A stretch of DNA of 28,441 nt from a virus (taxonomy: Duplodnaviria; Caudoviricetes). Below, one piece after another: positions 8,666-19,053 of the stretch. A program made the position numbers and the translations under genes. The stretch's first letter is position 1. Each line of letters opens with the position of its first letter. The notes under the pieces were generated by a model, which saw only the letters and a list, made by a program, of their open reading frames with translations, had not been told where the DNA came from and did not search any database. The stretch lies in the IMG/VR virus record IMGVR_UViG_3300038317_000092, positions 1-28,441 of that record. One strand, written 5' to 3'.

Positions 8666-8911
8666 TTAATTTAATTCACCATCGAAATCGTAATCGCTAC
8701 TATCATTTTCTGATTCAAAGTCACAATCTTCATCATCTTCATATGGCTCAATCGCACATTGAGGTTTTAATGAATTTATCAATTTACGATAACATAAACT
8801 ACATAAATCCATAGTAATTATGTCATCTACATTAGAACTAATTTTACCGCCACTATATTCATCTTCTTCGTCAAACATTTTTCCACATATGTTGCAATAA
8901 ACATTAGTCAT
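8666..8911 (-). CDS. Small zinc-finger protein with acidic tail
   Basis: CNICGK...DLCSLC and a D/E-rich C-terminus. AAGGAG RBS. Confidence 0.7.
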   Translation of the reverse strand: MTNVYCNICGKMFDEEDEYSGGKISSNVDDIITMDLCSLCYRKLINSLKPQCAIEPYEDDEDCDFESENDSSDYDFDGELN

Positions 8912-8956
8912 TTTAATCTCCTTTGCATTATGTTATAAAAGAACTCTTCTATTACA

Positions 8957-9415
8957 TTATTTAACTTCAAAACCTTTTTTACGTAAACCATTTTTTAAAG
9001 CTTCAACATGATCTCCTGTTTGCCGTAGTTCTTCTCTAGTGTCTTCCATGAAATCCCTTGGTTCTAAATAAGCAGCCCCTTCAAGATTATAACTATATCC
9101 TTTACCCTCAATAATCTGTTCAGTGAGTGACATGGTAGAATCATCACCATCATATTCTTCATTTATAGGCGTATCATTTGTAATAGATATTGTTCCATCA
9201 GATACTAATTCAGAATGGATATTTTCATTATCAAGTAATCCGCCATCATTGTATCTGCGAATATATTTTACAGGTTTATAAGCAGAATAAACTGTACTCA
9301 ATATATTATCTCTCATTACATCTTTGACCACTGGAGCTACATCTTCAACAAGGGATTCATTAACTTGTTTTTGTAAGTCAGCTAAAAGCGTTTCAAAACT
9401 TGTATATTGAGCCAT
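8957..9415 (-). CDS. Putative tail completion protein (HK97 gp10-like)
   Basis: VY..Y.P..Y.RR...GGL...IIEG.GY...PRDFMEDT pattern. Lies in the tail module. Confidence 0.55.
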   Translation of the reverse strand: MAQYTSFETLLADLQKQVNESLVEDVAPVVKDVMRDNILSTVYSAYKPVKYIRRYNDGGLLDNENIHSELVSDGTISITNDTPINEEYDGDDSTMSLTEQIIEGKGYSYNLEGAAYLEPRDFMEDTREELRQTGDHVEALKNGLRKKGFEVK

Positions 9416-9418
9416 CTC

Positions 9419-10027
9419 TTAACCCTCTGTAGTAGGGGAGATATGTGTGATATTTGAATTATCTTTTTTAGTTACATTCTTAACAATAGAATCTATAATT
9501 GTCTTTTCGGTTGCACCACTTTTATTTACTTTATCAATAAAATCGAATACTTCCTGACCTTTATCCATATCAAAGTTATTAATAGCATTTTTAACGGAAT
9601 CTAATACTTCAACAAAACCATTCAATACTTGGTCAGATAGGGAAGTAGTTTGTGCTAAAACTTGTGCTTTTTTAAATTCAATTGCTTCAATACATTCTTC
9701 ATATAAATCATCTATATACATATATTTACATTTAGCAATAACATAATCCATTACATGATTTTCTACACAATACGCATATGTCTTTTCTACATCCACATAT
9801 TCTTTATCTGTTCCATTCTCATTTTTCATCATGATAGGGGAGATAGTAGTAAACATTCTAAGTACAGATAAAGTAAACATTGGTTTTACATACTCTGAAT
9901 GATATTTATTATCCACAAAACATTTTGTGGTAACCTCATTTACGATAGACGAACGCTCTATAATTGATAATTCTGTGTGGTTGATAGCCTTTTTGATTGC
10001 TCTTACTTTTTTAAAATTTTCAAACAT
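9419..10027 (-). CDS. Hypothetical phage protein (possible tail assembly chaperone)
   Basis: 202-aa ORF coupled to RusA (TAATG overlap). Function inferred from position only. Confidence 0.6.
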   Translation of the reverse strand: MFENFKKVRAIKKAINHTELSIIERSSIVNEVTTKCFVDNKYHSEYVKPMFTLSVLRMFTTISPIMMKNENGTDKEYVDVEKTYAYCVENHVMDYVIAKCKYMYIDDLYEECIEAIEFKKAQVLAQTTSLSDQVLNGFVEVLDSVKNAINNFDMDKGQEVFDFIDKVNKSGATEKTIIDSIVKNVTKKDNSNITHISPTTEG

Positions 10028-10611
10028 TAATTAATTTCTCCTTTTAATTGTTTAAATTTCAAACACTTGTTATTATTAATTTCTTCTTGAATTCTTCCCT
10101 CAATAGCTTTTTTAAAAATACTACATTTCCTTTTCTTATAACGTTTACAATGGATGCAGTTAGATTCAAATTGTTCTAACTGTTCTTGATTACTAAAAAC
10201 ACCTATGTAATCAACAGGATATATAGTCATTTCAATATGTGGATTTTTAGAATCATAATAAATTGCTTGTACACGTTCACAAGTTGTATTATCATCAATC
10301 CAAATTGCTTGCGTATCTGTAATTGAGTCAAGAAGCAATTTGAAATAATTGTTAGCATCTTTGTCAATACGATCAAAATAAAAGACACAATCAATGTACC
10401 AATGTTGTGTCTTGTTAGGTTTAATATTAAATTGTTGTAATTTAACTTGTTCTTTTACATACTCGCAAAATTCTTTTTTATACTTTTTAGCTTCAGCAGT
10501 TTCATATAAACTTACTTGTGGTTTACCATGAATCAAAAATGCTCTTGGTTTAATATAATGATTCACAGAACAGGGAATAGGGGATATTAATTTTAATATT
10601 GGTTTGTTAAT
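10027..10611 (-). CDS. rusA: RusA-family Holliday junction resolvase, probable non-canonical start
   Basis: SPIPCSVNHY...DKDANNYFKLLLDSI.....WIDD catalytic Asp/Lys pattern. The frame is open upstream of GTG 10566 to ATT 10611 / ATA 10614, then TGA. Confidence 0.8.
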   Translation of the reverse strand: MNKPILKLISPIPCSVNHYIKPRAFLIHGKPQVSLYETAEAKKYKKEFCEYVKEQVKLQQFNIKPNKTQHWYIDCVFYFDRIDKDANNYFKLLLDSITDTQAIWIDDNTTCERVQAIYYDSKNPHIEMTIYPVDYIGVFSNQEQLEQFESNCIHCKRYKKRKCSIFKKAIEGRIQEEINNNKCLKFKQLKGEIN

Positions 10612-10664
10612 TATATTCCACTTCTTTCATTATTTCTCAACAAGTTCACCTTTTATGACATCAA

Positions 10665-10886
10665 TTATTTTGGTTTACTTTGTTTCCAATATTTCCATGC
10701 CATTTCTGTTTCAGGTTTAAAATAATATCCAATAAGCTTTCCACTATATCCTCCGCCAACCCATTTTGGTTGTACATTCATTTTTGCATAAAAGACTATT
10801 TGTTTGAGATTGCAAAGCTTAATGAGATTTTCTTCTCCGTATACTTGCTTAACATCTTCAAATGTTTTGAATTTAATAATTATCAA
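10665..10886 (-). CDS. Small hypothetical protein
   Basis: About 70-aa ORF with AAAGGA RBS. The true start may be ATA/ATT a few codons in. Confidence 0.7.
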   Translation of the reverse strand: MIIIKFKTFEDVKQVYGEENLIKLCNLKQIVFYAKMNVQPKWVGGGYSGKLIGYYFKPETEMAWKYWKQSKPK

Positions 10887-10989
10887 TCCTTTTATTTATT
10901 TTTATAAGCGTAAAAAATAGGACATATATTATTCACAATATAGCGGATAATACATGTCCTATATTCGTTTAATTATCAATCCACTATAA

Positions 10990-11023
10990 AAATAGAAAGG
11001 CAAGAGTAATCCTGCCTTTCTAC
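10990..11023 (-). terminator. Intrinsic terminator after the tail-tube genes
   Basis: TAGAAAGGCA-ggattactct-TGCCTTTCTA followed by TTTT on the minus strand. Confidence 0.75.
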
Positions 11024-11044
11024 AAAAAATCATACTAATCCAGT

Positions 11045-11335
11045 TTATTTAATTTTTATTTCAAAATCAGATTCTCCAACAGTACCTTTATATTTAACCG
11101 TAATAGTATCTTTGGTCATATCCACATTAGTATCGACAATCATTTGAATCTTTACATCATCAAAGTTAAAAACTACCATATTATTTGCTTTATTATAATA
11201 TGTAATATTAACTTCTTTTTCTTTATATTTTTTCTTAATAACTTCTGGCTTTTTACTTGGAGTGTAATTAACATTGTCTACAGACTCATTTCCCAAATCC
11301 TCTGTATTATTGTTAAAATCATCTATAGATTTCAT
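11045..11335 (-). CDS. Hypothetical phage protein
   Basis: 96-aa ORF directly after the tail tube gene, AAGGAAG RBS. Confidence 0.7.
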   Translation of the reverse strand: MKSIDDFNNNTEDLGNESVDNVNYTPSKKPEVIKKKYKEKEVNITYYNKANNMVVFNFDDVKIQMIVDTNVDMTKDTITVKYKGTVGESDFEIKIK

Positions 11336-11349
11336 TCAAATTACTTCCT

Positions 11350-12096
11350 TTATTCTTCACTTGTTTCCTCAATTACATCCATAACATTACCATCTGCATC
11401 ACGAAGGCAATCAAATGTTAATTTAAGAGCCGCAGGATCACCAGTAGACGAGAAAGACATATCTAACGTTCTTTGCACAGTAGCTTTATAAGCTGTAATC
11501 TTCATAGGAACAAGAAGTCCTTCTTCATTTTTGTCAACTGTTTCCATTGTGATTCTATAATCTTTAGGGATCTTTTTGCCATTAAATGAAACGGATTTAA
11601 CACCAGTAGTTTTCTGAAGCAGATAGCATACTAAATATGTAGTATCTACAGCAATATCAGCAGGAGCGGTTGCAGTAAAAACTGTTGAAGTTGTAATTGC
11701 TGCCGTACCTTCAATAGGTGTACCACCAAAATCATCCTTTGCATATACAAATATTGTTCCTGCAATGGCAGCTTCTTCAGCAACCGTTAAAGTCCCAGCT
11801 TCAGTACAAGCTACTTCTTTTCTAACAGGAACGATTGCCTTTGTGGAAATTGTACCATCGGAAAGCATAGAATAAATCTTGAAAGGATGACACTGGAATT
11901 CAAGAGTCATTGTACCCTCTAGCGGATTGTTAAATGCAATTGCTTTCTCGCCTTTAATGTTTGCATAAGTATTGTCACTCTTAAAACCTGCTGTAGTAGT
12001 ATTACAAAAATCAGCAAACATCCAAGGTTTATTTGTAGAATACTCTCGAATATCCAAGTCACAACACTGTCTATTAGCCATATTTAAATCTGCCAT
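11350..12096 (-). CDS. Putative major tail tube protein
   Basis: ANR..CDLDIR...F.DFCNTT...MSFSSTGDPA.L..TFDCL pattern. Thr/Ala-rich, highly-expressed codon usage, GAGG RBS, position in the tail module. Confidence 0.75.
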   Translation of the reverse strand: MADLNMANRQCCDLDIREYSTNKPWMFADFCNTTTAGFKSDNTYANIKGEKAIAFNNPLEGTMTLEFQCHPFKIYSMLSDGTISTKAIVPVRKEVACTEAGTLTVAEEAAIAGTIFVYAKDDFGGTPIEGTAAITTSTVFTATAPADIAVDTTYLVCYLLQKTTGVKSVSFNGKKIPKDYRITMETVDKNEEGLLVPMKITAYKATVQRTLDMSFSSTGDPAALKLTFDCLRDADGNVMDVIEETSEE

Positions 12097-12140
12097 AATA
12101 ATTTCCTCCTTAAATTTTAATAAAATAAAAGCCTATAAAC

Positions 12141-12923
12141 TTAATCGTCCATAAGCTGAAACCATCTTGTAATATCAAATTTATTATCTTTATCTCCCCA
12201 AACAGAAGTTGACATAGATTGAATATTATAAATTGTATTGTTTTGTAGTCGTTTGAATTGGTCATATACTTGATATACTGTCATATCCCATATATTTATC
12301 ATATTTAAACTATTATGATAAGCACACAAAGCCGATATAACATTAGGCAATTCAACTTTTTTATCATATTTATTTTGTTTGTTTTGTTTTTCTTGTCCTT
12401 TTTTTAGTTTTTTAAGAATCTCTAAAGCACGATTATTTTTAACTTTTTTGAAATCTTCGTTTGCATAATTCTTAAAAATATTATTTCTTTGAAGGATAAT
12501 ATCACACATATCATAAAAATTATTGTTATCTATTATTCCTACAGGTTTATCTTCGTTTTTAACAGCCTCTTCCGATTCATACAAGACAAACTGATTAGTA
12601 ATTGTATTAAAAACAACTGATTCTTCAAAAAAGAAATTGAACGATTCCAAAAATAAATATAAAATGAATTTATTATTAATTATTAAATCATACAAATATA
12701 TCTTGGATTTAGAATCGTCATCCAATGCCTTAAACCATTCTACTTTATCTTTTTCAAAATTATTATAATAATCTTCAGGTGTGAACAAAAGTATATTAAG
12801 ATATTGATTATATTGAGCATATCTAATTTTTGATATTTCTCTTAATGTAGGAGATTTAATATGTCCAATATCTTTTATATGTATAGGTTCAGGACTAAGT
12901 AAGTCAAAATATTCAAGTTTCAA
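12141..12923 (-). CDS. Conserved-looking phage tail-module protein
   Basis: 260 aa with IG.IKSPTLREI and INIWDMTVYQVYDQFKRLQ. TTG start coupled to the upstream stop. Confidence 0.7.
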   Translation of the reverse strand: MKLEYFDLLSPEPIHIKDIGHIKSPTLREISKIRYAQYNQYLNILLFTPEDYYNNFEKDKVEWFKALDDDSKSKIYLYDLIINNKFILYLFLESFNFFFEESVVFNTITNQFVLYESEEAVKNEDKPVGIIDNNNFYDMCDIILQRNNIFKNYANEDFKKVKNNRALEILKKLKKGQEKQNKQNKYDKKVELPNVISALCAYHNSLNMINIWDMTVYQVYDQFKRLQNNTIYNIQSMSTSVWGDKDNKFDITRWFQLMDD

Positions 12924-13436
12924 TTATTTTACTCTCCTATCAAAATTAGGAATTTCATATACTAACTGTTTAGCAGTATAATTAGTAGAACCTATTGATA
13001 CGGGAGCAATAGGTGTTCTTGGTGAAAGTTGCAATTTACCTATTCCTAAATTATCCATTCTTCTTATAACTAAATCAGTATATCTTATTAAATTATCTCG
13101 TCTATTACCTGCCACTCCTTGAAAAATAGTTGGTTCTAATTTCATATTTGTCTTGTTTGAAATTACAGTTACTATGATATTTAACATCTTTGTTGTATCA
13201 TTTTTTCCATTAGAAACAACAGTGTCAATCGTTATGTAAGATAATGAATCGGTTTGAGTATCAGGAAAAAAATTATAATCAAAAATTTGTGTCCCTAATG
13301 TTTTTGGTTCATCATTTATCATATCAATATTTGGATTGTCTAAAAGTAATCCTACAATTGTTTGGTCTTGGCTCAATGCAAGCGCAATTTTATCAGGATA
13401 GTCTACAATCTCATCTAAATTTGTTAAGATATCCAT
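12924..13436 (-). CDS. Putative tail terminator/neck protein
   Basis: 170 aa, GNRRD.L...GIGKLQL. Function inferred from synteny. Confidence 0.55.
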   Translation of the reverse strand: MDILTNLDEIVDYPDKIALALSQDQTIVGLLLDNPNIDMINDEPKTLGTQIFDYNFFPDTQTDSLSYITIDTVVSNGKNDTTKMLNIIVTVISNKTNMKLEPTIFQGVAGNRRDNLIRYTDLVIRRMDNLGIGKLQLSPRTPIAPVSIGSTNYTAKQLVYEIPNFDRRVK

Positions 13437-14745
13437 TACAATTTACCACCTTACTTAATATAATTTCTTGTATTTTATTATCAATTAGTTGTTTGTAACT
13501 CTCATCTTTTTCAGTCCAATAAGGAATAGCTAAATAAAAATAACCATTACGAAAGGCAATATACCTTTTATAACGGTCATAAAGCTGTCTTTTATGTAAT
13601 TGTTGTTCTGGTGTTAAATTATCATCTTTCCAAATACTACTATATGAATTAGTATTATAATGTTGAATTCCCATAACCTCGATAACTAATTTTAAATCAA
13701 TTACTTCATTATCAAATGGCATCATACCTTGACTACCTATGTATTTAGGATTTTGAGGAATAAGTGTACATTCATATTCATGATTAAGTTTATATCCTAA
13801 TTCTTCTGATAAATATAATCTCACTTTTTCTTGAAGAAAAGATTCATTCCGTTCTCTGGTACAATTTGGACATCTAAAATTGCGATCATTCGATTCTTTG
13901 ATACTTCTTAAATAATCTTTATGTTTACCTTCAGAACATTTCCAATATATTTTACAATGAGACTTGGGAGCATATTCATATGGCGACTTTTTATTTCGAT
14001 CAGACCATATTTCAAATACTTGTGGATACAATGTACCCAATGAATCTAATTTATGTATCTTACCAGAATTTAAGCTACAATATGGACATCTATATCCGAA
14101 ACTAAACATAGAACAAGTTGTTTTATAATCTTCATGATAGCAAACGCTTTGACATTTAATATATATTGTTTTATTATTTTTAACAGATAATTTCCAAGGA
14201 TTTAATTGATTTTTATCACTCCAATATTTTTTAAGAAAATCCTTGTCTGTATTATCAATATGATATTGAGCAAATGAATCTTTAGGATGCACTTTTAAAC
14301 CTCTACAATATGGACATCTTGAGCCATTATAAAAACTACTACAACTTACTTTATAACTTCCATGATAATCATGTTCTTGACATTTTATCCAAATATATTT
14401 ATCAGATTGTATTTCATATTCCCATGGTAATCCAATATTTTTTTCATAATCCCAATACAAGTTAAAAGCATTATTTCCATATATATCAATAAGATATTGT
14501 CCAATTGAACTACATTCTTTGCATTTTACATGAGGATATGCTTTACTATTAGATATGTTATTTAGTTTATGTAACATACTATTATGTAATCCTCTTGGGC
14601 ATTTAAAATAATATTTTTTATATACACTAAATCCAACATCTTTAGGACTGCATTGATTTAATTCATAATCCCATCTATCAAGTAAATCTTGACGATTGTT
14701 TTCAACGCACCAATCATAAAATGTTTTTGTAATTATAGCACTCAT
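13411..14745 (-). CDS. Free-standing zinc-ribbon repeat, PD-(D/E)XK/Vsr-like putative homing endonuclease
   Basis: Four W..KN...P.......K...KC...H.Y.........RCPYC-type repeats, then SFLQEKV..YL...FDNEV..LKLVIEVMGIQHY...D.YK...A..NGY.YL.IPYW. Confidence 0.75.
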   Translation of the reverse strand: MSAIITKTFYDWCVENNRQDLLDRWDYELNQCSPKDVGFSVYKKYYFKCPRGLHNSMLHKLNNISNSKAYPHVKCKECSSIGQYLIDIYGNNAFNLYWDYEKNIGLPWEYEIQSDKYIWIKCQEHDYHGSYKVSCSSFYNGSRCPYCRGLKVHPKDSFAQYHIDNTDKDFLKKYWSDKNQLNPWKLSVKNNKTIYIKCQSVCYHEDYKTTCSMFSFGYRCPYCSLNSGKIHKLDSLGTLYPQVFEIWSDRNKKSPYEYAPKSHCKIYWKCSEGKHKDYLRSIKESNDRNFRCPNCTRERNESFLQEKVRLYLSEELGYKLNHEYECTLIPQNPKYIGSQGMMPFDNEVIDLKLVIEVMGIQHYNTNSYSSIWKDDNLTPEQQLHKRQLYDRYKRYIAFRNGYFYLAIPYWTEKDESYKQLIDNKIQEIILSKVVNCNGYLNKFR

Positions 14746-14750
14746 GTATA

Positions 14751-15827
14751 CTACACCACCTTAACTTGTACAGAATTATGATATAAACCATCTTGACCAC
14801 TCAAGTTAAGAATAAAACTTAAACCAATAAGTGAATTATCTGAATCAACATTCAAATAACATCTCAATGGATAATTAGCATCATATGTCAAGTGTATTTT
14901 TAACTGTTGTGTTGTTGTTAATTTACTTACATCTATTGACCATACAGGAGTTATAGTTGTAATTTCTATCCCTGAAGTATTATAAAAATGACACATGAAT
15001 GGTTTTTTACCAGCACCAACTTTACATGTTGCAATATTAGTATCATTATTATATTCAGTTGATGGTATCAATGTATTTGTTATTTTACAAACATAATCAG
15101 TAGATGGAGTAGGTACAACTGGAGGAGTCGATGGTGTAATATAATCAGCAATTTTTAATGATACATTATCCGTATTTGTCACTTCACATTCATCACAAGT
15201 CAATTGTAATAATCCATGCTCGCCATTCATATGAGTAATTCTATCTACTTTTGTAATTTTATATACTTTTGGTTTGTCGGTTAACTGGTCAATAAAAATA
15301 CGTTTGCCTTCAATAAGATATTTTGTATTTTCATTATATTGAATTAAAATAGCACGTTGAGTATCGGAAAGAGTTATAATTTTACCTTCATCTTCACCTG
15401 TACTGCTTGCCTTTGTAGTATCAATAACTATACAAGGTTCTTGGATTATGGCTGAAGATATTGTCTGAAAGGGGAGAGTGTAATTACATTGCCTTATTTG
15501 AGCAGATTTATAAGCATCATCTACATTTTTTAATTGCGAAAATACTAACCATAATGAATTTTCATATGTAACATAACTGCCATATTTTAATTGAGAATCC
15601 ATTGAGACATGAATTTTTCTATCAGTTTTATCTTCATTTAATGGATTACTATGTTGCTGAACTAATATTTGTTCTGTATATGTTTTATCTATAAGAATAG
15701 ATTTTCCTTCCGCACTATAATAACGTCTAAAATCAAAATTATCTTTTACACTTTGAATAGTTTCTTCTTTAGTATAAAACATAGAATTAAAAGATGTTGC
15801 ATCAGTCCAACTTGTTCTTGTATTCAT
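14751..15827 (-). CDS. Putative head-closure/neck protein with C-terminal Ig-like extension
   Basis: G.YV......WLV...IRQCNYTL...YKITKVD...D.....IADY, then a Pro/Thr linker and a beta-rich domain. Synteny. Confidence 0.55.
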   Translation of the reverse strand: MNTRTSWTDATSFNSMFYTKEETIQSVKDNFDFRRYYSAEGKSILIDKTYTEQILVQQHSNPLNEDKTDRKIHVSMDSQLKYGSYVTYENSLWLVFSQLKNVDDAYKSAQIRQCNYTLPFQTISSAIIQEPCIVIDTTKASSTGEDEGKIITLSDTQRAILIQYNENTKYLIEGKRIFIDQLTDKPKVYKITKVDRITHMNGEHGLLQLTCDECEVTNTDNVSLKIADYITPSTPPVVPTPSTDYVCKITNTLIPSTEYNNDTNIATCKVGAGKKPFMCHFYNTSGIEITTITPVWSIDVSKLTTTQQLKIHLTYDANYPLRCYLNVDSDNSLIGLSFILNLSGQDGLYHNSVQVKVV

Positions 15828-15839
15828 ACAACATCACCT

Positions 15840-16253
15840 CTAATTCTCATAAGTATAAAATTCTTGTCTAAATTTATATATTTCGTCAGATAATGTAGTT
15901 AGTCTTTCTTTTGATTTTTCTGCCAAATCTGGAATATCAGGTAATTTATTAAACGCTTGTGTTCCAACATATTGTTTAATGTTATTATATTTTTCATCAT
16001 AACGTCTATATAATTCTCTCGCCATACATAATGCAAGTAACTCAATAGAATCTAATCCAAGCGTATCATTAAATTGTCCATCATAAGTTGTCTGATTTGT
16101 TAATGTATAAGTTAAACTTTCAGGTACAGTTTTACAGCAATATCCTATTGATGCTTTAAAAAATTGATAAACCAATTCTTCTTTGCCTGTAAAATCTGTA
16201 TCTGGAGTTTTTACAAAAAAAGCATCATAAACTTCTTGCAATTGTGTACCCAA
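15840..16253 (-). CDS. Putative head-tail adaptor protein
   Basis: MGTQLQEVYDAFF...FNDTL....IELLALCM. Lies downstream of the capsid gene. Confidence 0.55.
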   Translation of the reverse strand: MGTQLQEVYDAFFVKTPDTDFTGKEELVYQFFKASIGYCCKTVPESLTYTLTNQTTYDGQFNDTLGLDSIELLALCMARELYRRYDEKYNNIKQYVGTQAFNKLPDIPDLAEKSKERLTTLSDEIYKFRQEFYTYEN

Positions 16254-16265
16254 AACTCCACCACC

Positions 16266-16733
16266 TTATTCTTTAAATTTAATACCTGTGTACTCTTCCA
16301 ACGTCTGAATCTTTGAAAATTCATCAAGTTTAATTTTTCTAGCAACATTCATAATTTTAATTTTTTCCTGTTCTGTTACAATATTATCTTCAAGATTTTT
16401 CTTAAATGAAACAGGTGTTTTTAATTCAAGAATATATTTACATTTATCATCGTCAATAATTAACTGTTTACGTTTATCTTCTTTGTTATCAAATCCAAAT
16501 TCTTCACGCAATTCTTCATTTTCAATATATATAGATGCATGAGAACCTAGTCCATCTGTACCAATAATAAATTTATTTCCATCATCTTTCTGTACTTCAA
16601 GCTCAGAATTCACTATAAAACTTGAACCATTTGCTTTAATCCATTCATCACCTGTATAAGTTTTACGACACCAAGAAACAGGGTAATCACAAAGATTTAC
16701 AACTTTACTTTTATCATTCATGTTTACTGACAT
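16266..16733 (-). CDS. Hypothetical phage protein downstream of the major capsid gene
   Basis: 155-aa ORF with GGTGG RBS. Confidence 0.7.
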   Translation of the reverse strand: MSVNMNDKSKVVNLCDYPVSWCRKTYTGDEWIKANGSSFIVNSELEVQKDDGNKFIIGTDGLGSHASIYIENEELREEFGFDNKEDKRKQLIIDDDKCKYILELKTPVSFKKNLEDNIVTEQEKIKIMNVARKIKLDEFSKIQTLEEYTGIKFKE

Positions 16734-16767
16734 AAATAAAAATTAACCACCTTTTATTTAAATTATA

Positions 16768-16793
16768 TAGGGGAGAAATCAAATTCTCCCCTA
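16768..16793 (-). terminator. Hairpin after the major capsid gene
   Basis: TAGGGGAGAA-atcaaa-TTCTCCCCTA. Weak U-tract, so possibly an attenuator or stabiliser. Confidence 0.6.
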
Positions 16794-16806
16794 ATTTTCT
16801 TACATA

Positions 16807-17934
16807 TTATTCGTCTAAATCAGAGTCATAAATATATCCAATGAAGGGGATATATTCTTTTACAAGATAATTACCATATTCGCAATCAAAACGGGTAACT
16901 TCTGAACGAGAATTAATATCTGTGGCAGTCATAGAAGTAAGACCACCACGCATAACAATCTGAAGAGGAGTCATCTGACCTTGAGGAATGAACCACAAAT
17001 CAGAAGTAGGCAGATAAGGTTTATAGAAATCTCCAGCAGTATTTAATGCTGTCATATTATAAGCGTTAGGAATTTCAACAACAGGAGTACCCTTCCAGTT
17101 CTTGAGAAGACCAGTATTCATAATTTCTTCCATAACTGCTTCAGAGAATCTAACTTCATTAGCATTAGTAGTACTATTGACATTAAATCCTGCAAGTCCA
17201 CTAAGTTTATCAACTGCATCAAAGTCGCCCATAATGGTAACATTACCAAATCTACGAGCTTTTTTACGAACAGAATCAACACTTGTAGCGGTAATACCAG
17301 CCTGATAGTTTTTCAGAGTTGTTGCATTCTTAACACCTGTACGAAGAGCATTAATATTAGAATAAACCATCTGATTAGTAATGTCTGTAACAACCTGTTC
17401 ACCAGCCTGAGCAAAACCATCAATTGCTCCAGAAGCAAGTTCACGATAATCAATTACAAGACCACCTGTAGCAGTCTGAGTATCAGCAATACCAGTTCTC
17501 TTTTTTACAGTAGGGAATACGAAAGAACCAGAAGTTGCCTGAATACGAGAAAGTTCAGAAGCCTGAATCTGATAGTATTCATAACGAAGTTCCTCATTAT
17601 AACCAACTGTCTTTGCATTACCAATAACATTATTAAGCTGAAGTCTCTGGAGTAGAGGCTGCTGAAGTGTAACAGTTGTAATACTATTAATTTCAGCCTT
17701 GGCTTTCATATCACCATTGACAGCCGCAGAAGCCGCATCTTTTACATAACCAAGAACTTCATCGACTTTCTTTCCATACTTGGATGTATCCTTACCCCAA
17801 ACCATTTTAGAAAAGATTTCAACATCTTCTGTTGCCTTACCATTATGTACTGTATTATTAACAACACTATTAAGTTCAACCTGTGCATTGTCTTCTTTAA
17901 GCTTAGTAAAATCATTTACATTAAAAAAACTCAT
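16807..17934 (-). CDS. Major capsid protein
   Basis: 375 aa, GGAGG RBS, highly-expressed codon bias. G.LKNWKGTPVVEIPNAY and TRFDCEYG are HK97-fold-like C-terminal features. Follows scaffold and decoration genes. Confidence 0.85.
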   Translation of the reverse strand: MSFFNVNDFTKLKEDNAQVELNSVVNNTVHNGKATEDVEIFSKMVWGKDTSKYGKKVDEVLGYVKDAASAAVNGDMKAKAEINSITTVTLQQPLLQRLQLNNVIGNAKTVGYNEELRYEYYQIQASELSRIQATSGSFVFPTVKKRTGIADTQTATGGLVIDYRELASGAIDGFAQAGEQVVTDITNQMVYSNINALRTGVKNATTLKNYQAGITATSVDSVRKKARRFGNVTIMGDFDAVDKLSGLAGFNVNSTTNANEVRFSEAVMEEIMNTGLLKNWKGTPVVEIPNAYNMTALNTAGDFYKPYLPTSDLWFIPQGQMTPLQIVMRGGLTSMTATDINSRSEVTRFDCEYGNYLVKEYIPFIGYIYDSDLDE

Positions 17935-17970
17935 TTTATATAACCTCCATTATTTTATATTTATTAAAAA

Positions 17971-18495
17971 TTAAGCAGCCATTACTTTAAGGACATAACC
18001 ACCTGCAACAGTTCCACCATTCTTATCAATAGTAAAAGAACCAAAAGTAGTTTTTGCTACAACAACATAATAAACTGCATAACCCGTTACATCAGCAACT
18101 TTCTTTAGTCCCATTGTATTAGTGGTATCAGCCGCACAACAACCAACAAGAGTATCGCCAACAGAGACAGTAGAAAACGCATCAGTCACTAAATCAGCGG
18201 AAACATCCATTTTCTCACCAACAAAATCTTTGATCCTGTATGCACGAATTTTACCATTTGCAGGAATCTTATAATCATCAGTATTAATGATTTCAGGCTT
18301 ATCAATAATATTAAGCATTACATAAGCATTGCCAGTTTTAACTTCTGTATCTGTCGCAAAAGGAACAGCAGTATCAACTCCAGCAGTAGTAACAATCTTA
18401 AACTGATTACCGTTATACGTATCAACAGTAGCCACTACTTCAGGATGATTGGATTTATTCAGAAAATTAGAATCATGAAATTTAAAAAGACTCAT
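17971..18495 (-). CDS. Putative capsid decoration/cement protein
   Basis: 174 aa, Thr/Val/Ala-rich beta protein between scaffold and MCP. Confidence 0.6.
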   Translation of the reverse strand: MSLFKFHDSNFLNKSNHPEVVATVDTYNGNQFKIVTTAGVDTAVPFATDTEVKTGNAYVMLNIIDKPEIINTDDYKIPANGKIRAYRIKDFVGEKMDVSADLVTDAFSTVSVGDTLVGCCAADTTNTMGLKKVADVTGYAVYYVVVAKTTFGSFTIDKNGGTVAGGYVLKVMAA

Positions 18496-18528
18496 TTTTA
18501 TTTACCCCCATTAATTTTATAATTTTTA

Positions 18529-19053
18529 TTAAACATTGAAAAAACTATGAACCTTATCACTAACAACTTTCTTTTCAGGTTCGTGAATTGAAATAAAAGA
18601 ATGTTTAGAATTCGTTTCAACATTTGTTTCACTATTCTTAACAATATTTTCTTTAAATTTCTTCGTGCAAATTTCTGCTTCAGCAGATTTAAGACCTTCA
18701 AGATTTACCTCATCAACAAAATGTTTAAGAGAATTAATTTCCTCATTAGAAAATCCGTTCTTCGGAATTTCTGTCTCAAAATAAGAATTGCATTCAGCTT
18801 TCTTTGCTTCTGCTTCTGCTTCTGCTTCTTTCTTTTTCTTCGCATCCAATTCAGTTTTACAAGCATTCAATTCCTCAGTGAGAGCAGAAATTTTAGTATT
18901 TAATTCCTCACAGCTCTTATTAGCATTCGTTACAGCCTCACTAAGTTCCGTATTTTTTGCATTCAATTCTGTATTCTTATTGTTAAGATCATTGATTTCT
19001 TTGGTTTTATCTTCAATCTTCTGATTGAGTTCTAAAACTACTTTTTCATCCAT
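18529..19053 (-). CDS. Nested in-frame scaffold protein (174 aa)
   Basis: Perfect AGGAGG (19067-19062) 8 nt before in-frame ATG 19053 (MDEKVVLELNQ), exactly where the coiled coil starts. Confidence 0.6.
   Translation of the reverse strand: MDEKVVLELNQKIEDKTKEINDLNNKNTELNAKNTELSEAVTNANKSCEELNTKISALTEELNACKTELDAKKKKEAEAEAEAKKAECNSYFETEIPKNGFSNEEINSLKHFVDEVNLEGLKSAEAEICTKKFKENIVKNSETNVETNSKHSFISIHEPEKKVVSDKVHSFFNV

Noticed and set aside
9419-11335. Programmed frameshift of a tail assembly chaperone
   Set aside because: No convincing slippery site with an overlapping downstream frame was seen.
13445-14763. 9-bp direct repeat TAAGGTGGT flanking the endonuclease gene, read as a target-site duplication
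   Set aside because: The same sequence serves as RBS elsewhere (about 16259-16268), so it is explained by ribosome binding sites.
18805-18830. Tandem GCTTCT repeats
   Set aside because: Encode EAEAEAEA in the scaffold coiled coil; not a CRISPR array or independent repeat element.
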